Part shown: positions 18,393 to 25,567 of the stretch, piece by piece
Numbering within the stretch: position 1 is the stretch's first letter
Layout: every line of letters begins with the position of its first letter
Assembly: GCA_002011125.2 (NCBI GenBank)
Contig: MTMF02000009.1
Location: 64,001 to 128,000, forward strand
Direction of reading: 5' to 3'
DNA length: 64,000 nucleotides
From: Candidatus Hydrothermarchaeum profundi
Lineage (GTDB): Archaea; Hydrothermarchaeota; Hydrothermarchaeia; Hydrothermarchaeales; Hydrothermarchaeaceae
Program-made: the position numbers and the translations under genes
The notes under the pieces: generated by a model
Told to the model about the DNA's origin: nothing
Databases searched by the model: none
What the model saw: only the letters and a program-made list of their open reading frames with translations

Positions 18393-19480
18393 ACCAGTTT
18401 TGAGAAAAACTCGTAAGCATAATATTTACTTTCTATGTATTGAAGGGCGGATTCTCTGGGATCATTTATCAGCTCTCTAAGTTTTTGGGATTCTCTATTA
18501 TACGCTACAGCCTCATGTGCTCTTGTGAAGTAAGGTTCTTGGCTATAATTCTCTATGATGTCTATCATTGTATACCTTCCGCAAAAAGGACATTCACAGT
18601 AATCAGACAAATACAAATCCCTGCCCTCATTCAATTCTGCCATAAACCCCCATGGATAGGTCCCGTAATCCGTTGGATTATAGTAGCGATGCCGTTCCAT
18701 AGCGGTCTTTTTACTTGGAGCACCTCTGCCGAGTTTCACGGGAAAGCTGATCGTATCGATTCCAAACCTATTAATACCGATGCCAGGGGTTCCATCTCTC
18801 TCAATAAGCTTATAACTTCTTGGAGTTGAAAACGAGTGAACCCAGACCTTCTTTTTTTTGTTTTTCCTTAGCAGATCTCTAACACCGTAAAGGAGTCTTT
18901 TTATTACTCTCTGCTCTCTCAGATTAACGCCTACACAGTCAATCCAGTTCATCTTCTTGTTAATCAAGTCAAAATCACTTTTTTTACATGCAACGGCCAT
19001 TATCGGCCTTCCGCCTCCATATCTCTTAAAATACTTAATACCACTAATAAGGGCTTGTGAATAATTCTGGTTGTTGAAAAAATTGGGGATTTCTAGGACT
19101 TGAGCATTTGATTCAACTTGAGCTTTCAACAATTTTTCCAAAGTCATTTGATTTAGACTAGTAATGCTTCTGGGGAACTCGAAATGGATAATTCTAGTAT
19201 TTACAGACTCATCTAGTATTTTATTGTTTAGAGCTTCCTTGAAATACTCAAACTTACTATCATCCCTAAGTTGTACAGTCAGATCCTTAGTAATCCAATT
19301 AACCTGCACACCTAAGTTCCTTAAAGGACTAAACGCTGTTCTTGTAATAGGATAAAATTTTTTGATAGAAGTTATATCAGTCTGAGTCAAGAAGTTTGTA
19401 GGAGTTTTGATTTCAAAGCCGCCTATATTTAAGATACCGCTACGGCCGCCTTGTTCGGCCGCAACCACATCGAACAACAT
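18389..19480 (-). CDS. tRNA-guanine transglycosylase-like protein, catalytic motifs degenerate
   Basis: TGT N-terminus F.V...GRSG.L....IKTP; VHSFS; GIDT; Zn site CECPFC..H; no DSGG motif. Confidence 0.7.
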   Translation of the reverse strand: MLFDVVAAEQGGRSGILNIGGFEIKTPTNFLTQTDITSIKKFYPITRTAFSPLRNLGVQVNWITKDLTVQLRDDSKFEYFKEALNNKILDESVNTRIIHFEFPRSITSLNQMTLEKLLKAQVESNAQVLEIPNFFNNQNYSQALISGIKYFKRYGGGRPIMAVACKKSDFDLINKKMNWIDCVGVNLREQRVIKRLLYGVRDLLRKNKKKKVWVHSFSTPRSYKLIERDGTPGIGINRFGIDTISFPVKLGRGAPSKKTAMERHRYYNPTDYGTYPWGFMAELNEGRDLYLSDYCECPFCGRYTMIDIIENYSQEPYFTRAHEAVAYNRESQKLRELINDPRESALQYIESKYYAYEFFSKLV

Positions 19481-19534
19481 CCCATCACCCTAATTTTAAA
19501 ATAGGTATATCTATCTAATAAACTTTTATGTGCC

Positions 19535-19675
19535 TTACTTCTTCTTTTTAGGAACATTCCAGTAAGGAGATTTGCATTTGGGACATACCCGGGGTTCTTC
19601 TTCCTTTCGAGGGATCCACTCGTGACCGCATCTCTCGCATTTATAACCTTCTACAGTGAGTTGTATCTTTCCCAT
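19535..19675 (-). CDS. 46-aa zinc-ribbon protein of the kind common in archaeal MGEs; not in ORF track
   Basis: MGKIQLTVEGYKCERCGHEWIPRKEEEPRVCPKCKSPYWNVPKKKK. Confidence 0.85.
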   Translation of the reverse strand: MGKIQLTVEGYKCERCGHEWIPRKEEEPRVCPKCKSPYWNVPKKKK

Positions 19676-19687
19676 GACGGTATAATC

Positions 19688-19779
19688 TATTACTTTATAA
19701 TATATAAGTCTTACTATATGTTTTTAACCGTAAAATTTAAATACTACTTACTCATATAGTAATATACCACAAAGTAATA
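19688..19779. promoter_or_regulatory. Divergent promoter region with nested inverted repeats
   Basis: TATTACTTT(19688)/AAAGTAATA(19771) and TTACTATATG(19711)/CATATAGTAA(19753). Confidence 0.5.
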
Positions 19780-19793
19780 TATTTAGAGTAATT

Positions 19794-19827
19794 AGGGGCG
19801 ATGCTCCGCCAAGACGCAATCGCCCCT
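19794..19827 (+). promoter_or_regulatory. GC-rich leader hairpin AGGGGCGAT..ATCGCCCCT with CCGCCAA in the loop
   Basis: 9-bp perfect stem immediately before ATG 19829. Confidence 0.45.
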
Positions 19828-19828
19828 T

Positions 19829-21217
19829 ATGGAGCCCGAATCCATGAAAGAAACAAGCCCCACAGAGAGAGATATAAGATTTAACGGTGAAAAAGATTTC
19901 TCTAAAGAGCCTGGGAAAAGTTATACCGCTAGTTACAACTTTAAGACCTTCACCTCAAAGATTAGAATTGAGGAGAACAAGAAATCCAGATCTAAACACA
20001 CCGAATATGCTGGCCTTCTTGCTGTAGCAGGGGCTTGGGAAGCTCTAGAGTTAGATCAGCATATACGAGAAGCGGGGATAGTTAAGAAGAGAGGGCATCC
20101 TGCTGAGAGCTTAACTTTTGCCTCTGTAGTAAGACCTTTGATAGAGGCCAAGTCCACGTTGGCGATGAGCGAGAAGCTAAAGAATGACGATTTCCTGACC
20201 AAGTTACGCTTCGGGTCCCCACCTGATCAGCGGACTCATAACAGGTTCATCCAATCCTTAAATCTAGATCAGATAAATTCATTGAATAATTTAGTTGTCC
20301 GAGAATTGCAGAACTTCAAGAAATGGAGGGCCAAGAAAGATGGGTTTTTACTTGTTGATCTCACTGCTATTCACGTTCATGGAAAAAATTATGAGAACGT
20401 AAAGAAGCTCTATGATGCATCATTAGAGAAAGTGGTTACCGGCTATGAACCAATGGTTTTATCATATACGGATGGACATAAATTCTATCCAGTGGCCTTT
20501 CTTACTCAGGAGAAAAAGACAGACTCATTGCCCTCACTCATAAAGAAGTCTTGGAACTTTTTAGGCACTAAGGTAAACAAAATTGTATTTGATGGCGGAT
20601 TCTATAGCATTCCTTTGTTTAACGAGCTGGATGATATGGGCATAATCTTTGTCACCAAGCCTAGGAAAAACTCCCAAGTCTTTTACGGAATCCATATGCT
20701 GACCTTTGAGAAGCTTTCAACCGAGTGGATAAAGAAAGTCAAGTATTCCCGAAAATATGGGTGGCGTTATGCAGAATGGAAGGCATATTTGCCGAGATTT
20801 GGTGAAATCAAAATTGTAAAGCTACTAGATAAAAATCAAGAAGTATTGCTCATTACTAATGACGAAGATATGCCAGCAGAGGAGGTTATAAAGGCCTACA
20901 AGATGCGCTGGCAAACAGAGACAATGTTCAGAGAGTGCAAGCAGAATCTCGGGCTAAACAACCTGCCTACTGGCAAGTTCTCGGGGATTATAGCTCATAT
21001 CTTCTTTGTCTTACTAGGCTACATACTAATATCCCTTTTTAAGAGGGTTGAGAAAGACTTTAACGGTAGAAGCATCTCCACAATTATAAGAATGCTTATC
21101 AGGGTGACCGCAGATATTATAAGGAGTGGAAGGGAGATCGTGGTCTCGATAGTGTGTGGGTTCAAATATTACTATCTCCTCTTCACAGAAAGATTGCGTA
21201 GTCTATTAGAAAAATAA
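19829..21217 (+). CDS. DDE transposase (IS4 superfamily, IS701/ISH3/IS1634-like)
   Basis: LLVDLT, IVFDGGFYS, Y..RWQTETMFRECKQ.LGL (YREK-type motif). Confidence 0.9.
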   Translation: MEPESMKETSPTERDIRFNGEKDFSKEPGKSYTASYNFKTFTSKIRIEENKKSRSKHTEYAGLLAVAGAWEALELDQHIREAGIVKKRGHPAESLTFASVVRPLIEAKSTLAMSEKLKNDDFLTKLRFGSPPDQRTHNRFIQSLNLDQINSLNNLVVRELQNFKKWRAKKDGFLLVDLTAIHVHGKNYENVKKLYDASLEKVVTGYEPMVLSYTDGHKFYPVAFLTQEKKTDSLPSLIKKSWNFLGTKVNKIVFDGGFYSIPLFNELDDMGIIFVTKPRKNSQVFYGIHMLTFEKLSTEWIKKVKYSRKYGWRYAEWKAYLPRFGEIKIVKLLDKNQEVLLITNDEDMPAEEVIKAYKMRWQTETMFRECKQNLGLNNLPTGKFSGIIAHIFFVLLGYILISLFKRVEKDFNGRSISTIIRMLIRVTADIIRSGREIVVSIVCGFKYYYLLFTERLRSLLEK

Positions 21218-21232
21218 GGGAGGTGAAATATC

Positions 21233-22588
21233 ATGGTAAAACTAACGTTTCACGGCGGTGTTGGAGAAATTGGTGGGAATAAGATCCTACTCGAAGACGA
21301 AAACACCAGCATCCTATTAGACTTTGGGAAAAACTTTGAGAAGGAGAGAAGATACTACGACGAGCCCTACATAAAACCGAGAGAAGAGAAACATCTCATA
21401 TATCTCGGCCTGCTTCCAAAGATAGAGGGACTATACAAGAAAGATGAGAGAGAACCCTCCATCGACGCTATATTATTTACCCATCCACATGCAGATCACG
21501 TAGACTATGTGAGATATGTAAAAGACTCCATCCCTCTATACTGCGGTGAAACTGCAAAGACAATGATCCTAGCCAAGGAGATGTCAGCTTCAGGGCATCT
21601 AAAAGAATATAAGATTGCAAGGATGACCAGAGACTCCGTGGATGTGCCTAAGACCTTCAAGACGTTCAGAACCGGTGATAAAAAGAGGCTGGGCTCTATT
21701 GAAATCGAGCCGATACACGTCGATCACTCTACTCCGGGGGCCTACGCATATATACTCCACACATCGGGTGGGACAATAGTATATACTGGCGATTTTCGCC
21801 TGCACGGTCCGAGGGCGGAGATGAGCAGGGAGTTCGTCGAAAAAGCCAAGGAGGCATCTCCCGAGGCGCTTATCATCGAGGGGACGAACATAGTTGACGC
21901 AAAGACGGCCACTGAGAAAGAAGTAAAGGAGAAGATAAGTCGCATAGTCTCGGATGCCCCCCGGCTCGTATTAGCTGGATTCAGCCTAAACGACATTGAT
22001 AGGCTAAAGACGTTCTACGAAGTTGCAAAGAAGAACGGGAGAAAGCTGGCCATGTCGATGAAACAGGCCTACATCGTATATAGGTTGAGAGAAGAGAGCT
22101 TCCCCATATTCAGGTTAAACGATCCAAATATACTCATCTTTCAGAGGGAAAAAAGAACAACCTATAAGTGGGAGAAAGAGGTCATCGACAATTTCAGCGA
22201 TAATGTTGCTACAGGTAGAGATATAAACGCCATGCAGGGGGAAGTGCTCCTCGCAGCGTCCTTCTATGACATGAACGAGATGGTTGAGATCCTGCCTGAA
22301 AGTGGGAGCATATACATCCTCTCGCAGAGTGAGCCCTTTAACGAGGAGATGGAGATAAACCATGAGAAGATGCTAAACTGGCTGGAGAGATGCGGGCTAC
22401 CCCTATACCAAGTCCATGCCTCAGGACATGCAGACCCGCATCAGCTTAAATGGGCGATCTCCGAGATAGGTGCGAAAAAAGTCTTCACCATACACACAGA
22501 AAGACCAAGGCTAATGGCAAGATACATGTCTGACCTAGATACAGAAATAATCTCCCCGACAGAAGGCGAAATGTATGCTGTCGAATAG
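21233..22588 (+). CDS. Metallo-beta-lactamase / RNase J-like nuclease
   Basis: GGVGEIGGNKI, THPHADH, VDHS, YTGDFR, HASGH, HTE. Confidence 0.88.
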   Translation: MVKLTFHGGVGEIGGNKILLEDENTSILLDFGKNFEKERRYYDEPYIKPREEKHLIYLGLLPKIEGLYKKDEREPSIDAILFTHPHADHVDYVRYVKDSIPLYCGETAKTMILAKEMSASGHLKEYKIARMTRDSVDVPKTFKTFRTGDKKRLGSIEIEPIHVDHSTPGAYAYILHTSGGTIVYTGDFRLHGPRAEMSREFVEKAKEASPEALIIEGTNIVDAKTATEKEVKEKISRIVSDAPRLVLAGFSLNDIDRLKTFYEVAKKNGRKLAMSMKQAYIVYRLREESFPIFRLNDPNILIFQREKRTTYKWEKEVIDNFSDNVATGRDINAMQGEVLLAASFYDMNEMVEILPESGSIYILSQSEPFNEEMEINHEKMLNWLERCGLPLYQVHASGHADPHQLKWAISEIGAKKVFTIHTERPRLMARYMSDLDTEIISPTEGEMYAVE

Positions 22589-22766
22589 TTGGGACTTTAA
22601 AAGCTATTTCGCACATTCTTCTCTCTAAATAAAATTCTTATAAGGTTATTTTTTAGTAAAATGTAAATATATTGCTTAAATATAATTTTTTACTATTGAT
22701 TCTGGAGGTAAGGTAACATGGGTGAGATAACTAAAAAGGAATTTAGGCCTTTAAGTTTAATAGACC

Positions 22767-23018
22767 ATGAAGCTTTTATTAATGAAAAAGGGTTTGAAAA
22801 TACCACAGAAAATCAACGGTGCTAGTATACTAATGGTACCTATTTACATTATAGCAGGGTATGTATTCATCCCTTGGAGACTTTCAGACGCAGTTTATTC
22901 AAAGACGAGAAAATTACAAATTCTTGGAGCATTCAAAGACCTATTTCTATATACTGCTACTGCTATGTTGATTGGTCTAGCATGGCCTCTCTACATAATA
23001 GGGAAAATCAAAAAATAA
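22767..23018 (+). CDS. Small two-TM membrane protein (possibly frameshifted; the SD-linked ATG at 22718 is in another frame)
   Basis: Two hydrophobic segments. Confidence 0.4.
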   Translation: MKLLLMKKGLKIPQKINGASILMVPIYIIAGYVFIPWRLSDAVYSKTRKLQILGAFKDLFLYTATAMLIGLAWPLYIIGKIKK

Positions 23019-23208
23019 AAAAGCTCTTCAATGGGAAAGGAGATCCCTCACATAATGGAATTGCCCCAAAAATTCTTCTACTACTTAGGAAATCCTAACC
23101 CAAAAACTAAGAGCTATTTACTTTTACTTCTAACCTACATAGAATTACTCGCCACTACTTTCCCTCTATAATTTGATCTTCGTCCTCTCCCGTCGTATTC
23201 TAACACAG

Positions 23209-23412
23209 CTAAGCCTTTCGAATATTCAAGCTTGAATCATAGGCATAAAAGCCAGGGATTGAAAATCCACTATTTTGGACGAGTATTTTTGCTTGAGATA
23301 TAGAATATTCTGGCACCACTAGATAAAAACGATTCTTCCTTTGGCCAGGATTTATCACCACATGACAATCAGGGTTATTAGACTTTAGCCAAGATTTTAC
23401 TTTTCTAACCAT
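23209..23412 (-). CDS. Small hypothetical protein or fragment
   Basis: ORF only. Confidence 0.3.
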   Translation of the reverse strand: MVRKVKSWLKSNNPDCHVVINPGQRKNRFYLVVPEYSISQAKILVQNSGFSIPGFYAYDSSLNIRKA

Positions 23413-23559
23413 TCTATCATGCAGTTCTTAGTTTCGAGGGCTTCTCTTAACCGCCATATTCACTACCTCTCTAAACTATTAGATCTCTGAAAAGTTAAGT
23501 ATCTTTCAAAATCCGGAGAAAAATATTAATTTATAGAAATTGTTCTTTATCAAGCCCAA

Positions 23560-23904
23560 TCATTTCCATAGTTTTTCCCATCGTTGATCTGAGCGTATTT
23601 CGTCCAAGGTATCTGCTAAACTACTCAAGTGTTCTCCAACGGTCTTAAGATTATCAGTGGCCTCATCTACGTGCCCTACAACATCCTCTAAATTTTGTGT
23701 AGCATCTCTGATATACTCTCCAACTTCTTCTAAGTTCTCAGTAGCATTTTGTAATACATTCACCACCCGCTCTAGTAATTTCAAGGCTTTACCAATCTGT
23801 CTCCCTGTCTGCCAAGTAAGATAAGCATATACCAGAGTAGCGATTGCCAATACACCTGTAAATCCAGCCAACACCCATGTTGCTAATTCCAGTTCTCCGT
23901 CCAT
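23560..23904 (-). CDS. Membrane-anchored coiled-coil protein with three 14-aa repeats
   Basis: TM WVLAGFTGVLAIATLVYAYLTW; ATENLEEVGEYIRD/ATQNLEDVVGHVDE/ATDNLKTVGEHLSS. Confidence 0.7.
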   Translation of the reverse strand: MDGELELATWVLAGFTGVLAIATLVYAYLTWQTGRQIGKALKLLERVVNVLQNATENLEEVGEYIRDATQNLEDVVGHVDEATDNLKTVGEHLSSLADTLDEIRSDQRWEKLWK

Positions 23905-24177
23905 GACAGTAAATATTAATATCCATTATAAAAAATATCCATCATAGTTAGGATGTAAAACAACCATATAAATCTCTCTATTTCTCGATTTTTCAATGTT
24001 TACATTTATAAATTAGATATAAAATCTAAGCAAACATACGTAGGTAGCAAAACAAGCTTGTTAGGAACTTCAGGGGCAACTCTTATATACGTCTAAAGCT
24101 AAATTTTAGGCGTGAAACCATTAAATTAGGTTGTGAAAAAGCCAATTCAATAAAAATCAAAGTTTTGAGTAAATGAT

Positions 24178-24660
24178 ATGGCCAAAATTAATGATGCTCC
24201 TCCAGAGATATTCAAAGCGGATAATTTATTACAAAAAATCTTAAAAGAAGCAGAGCCTGCAAAAGACATGTTATTGGAGAGGCTTCGCACTTTACCACGC
24301 TACGAATCACACTTAGATGCTCCTTCTTTACCGGGTGTCTATGTGATATGGGATGGAAAGAGGGTGGTTTATGCTGGTAGCTCAGGACACGGGGAAAAGA
24401 CTGGTCTTAGGCAAAGGCTCTATAGGGTATTAAAACGCACGGGGCTGAGTCCTTTGAGGAAAGGCATAGCTAGAGACATAGGCCATCCAGAATATCAACC
24501 TAAGTCGAGAGGCCCAAGAAATCCAGAAATCGAGGAGAAAATAGACGATAGAGTTAGCTCATTGGTGTTTTCTTATATTGAAGCTAGTGATAGTAAATCT
24601 GCAAGGAATTTGGAACGCCTCATTATATCGCTTCTGGATCCAAAGTATAATAAGGGATAG
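24178..24660 (+). CDS. GIY-YIG family nuclease
   Basis: PGVYVI..VVYAGSS..LRQRL..LE..I....PKYN. Confidence 0.85.
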   Translation: MAKINDAPPEIFKADNLLQKILKEAEPAKDMLLERLRTLPRYESHLDAPSLPGVYVIWDGKRVVYAGSSGHGEKTGLRQRLYRVLKRTGLSPLRKGIARDIGHPEYQPKSRGPRNPEIEEKIDDRVSSLVFSYIEASDSKSARNLERLIISLLDPKYNKG

Positions 24661-24755
24661 AAATTCCTTAAGATCTAGTTGACGGTTCCATTAAATTTCG
24701 AAAGGAACCATAAAGACGAAGAGGTGATTAAAAGATTTAAAAGGGGCGAAGGGAG

Positions 24756-25295
24756 ATGCCAAAGGAGTCAGAATGGCATAGAGAAGTTCGAGGGAAAATC
24801 GAGCGACATTTAAAGAACAAAAATATTAAATTCAAATCCTCGCATTCCGGGGTCAAAGTCCCCTTATTTATAGACTTTAGTGACACTTCTAGGAGTAACC
24901 AATTGTCAGATGCAGATTTCATAATAATAAAAAACAAAACAATAAAATTCATCATTGAAATTGAGAAAGGGGCACCGACCCCAAAAAAGCTTATGGGTAT
25001 TATAACGGCGGCCAATCTCTCAACCGCTTATAAAAGACAGGAAGAAAAATTCAAGATTCAAAATGCAAAATTGTTCATAGTAACGGGAGATAAGGAGACG
25101 AATAAAATGAATAAACCTAAAAGCAAGAAGCTAGAGCAGTACCACAATATCAAGAAACATCTTAAATTGACCAAGGGTTCTCTGGTAGGGTTTGACATAC
25201 TTACACTTATGGGCAAAAAAGATTTAGAGAAAATATATAGCGAAATAGACAGCATTATAAAAGTACCTCTGAGAAAAGAAGACAAAATGCCCTAA
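24756..25295 (+). CDS. PD-(D/E)xK-fold nuclease-like protein
   Basis: SEWH..SDADFII..IIEIEK pattern. Confidence 0.55.
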   Translation: MPKESEWHREVRGKIERHLKNKNIKFKSSHSGVKVPLFIDFSDTSRSNQLSDADFIIIKNKTIKFIIEIEKGAPTPKKLMGIITAANLSTAYKRQEEKFKIQNAKLFIVTGDKETNKMNKPKSKKLEQYHNIKKHLKLTKGSLVGFDILTLMGKKDLEKIYSEIDSIIKVPLRKEDKMP

Positions 25296-25339
25296 AAAGA
25301 TTACAAAAGATTAGAGAAGTTGTTTGTGACAAATTTTTG

Positions 25340-25358
25340 CACAACTGCCTAATCTTTG
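25340..25358 (-). repeat. Right 19-bp terminal inverted repeat CACAACTGCCTAATCTTTG
   Basis: Exact reverse complement of 7745-7763. Confidence 0.9.
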
Positions 25359-25364
25359 TAATAT
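25359..25364. repeat. Right 6-bp direct repeat TAATAT
   Basis: Abuts the right TIR; identical to 7739-7744. Confidence 0.75.
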
Positions 25365-25390
25365 ATATACTTTTGGTAAGGAATTGAAAA

Positions 25391-25567
25391 ATGGCTAAAA
25401 AGAAAGGTAGAAAAGAAAGGATCACAGTATATGTGTCCCCGTATTTATATAAAGAGATAAAAGAGATGATAAACCGGGGTGATTTCTCTTCAGAATCTGA
25501 TGTGGGTTACCAAGCTTTATCAGCTTTTGTAAGCCAATATAAAAAAGAGAAAAAGAAGTCTAAATGA
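25391..25567 (+). CDS. RHH-like regulator, 58 aa (paralog of 9503-9676); not in ORF track
   Basis: MAKKKGRKERITVYVSPYLYKEIKEMINRGDFSSESDVGYQALSAFVSQYKKEKKKSK. Confidence 0.8.
   Translation: MAKKKGRKERITVYVSPYLYKEIKEMINRGDFSSESDVGYQALSAFVSQYKKEKKKSK

Larger units (their letters stand above)
7745..25358. mobile_element. 17.6-kb integrated element/transposon with defence-like cargo between leuS and alaS
   Basis: 19-bp perfect TIRs plus 6-bp flanking direct repeat; AT-rich cargo; DDE transposase; tyrosine-integrase remnant; nucleases. Confidence 0.8.

Noticed and set aside
7745-25358. Casposon or provirus
   Set aside because: No Cas1, family B polymerase, capsid or packaging genes recognised
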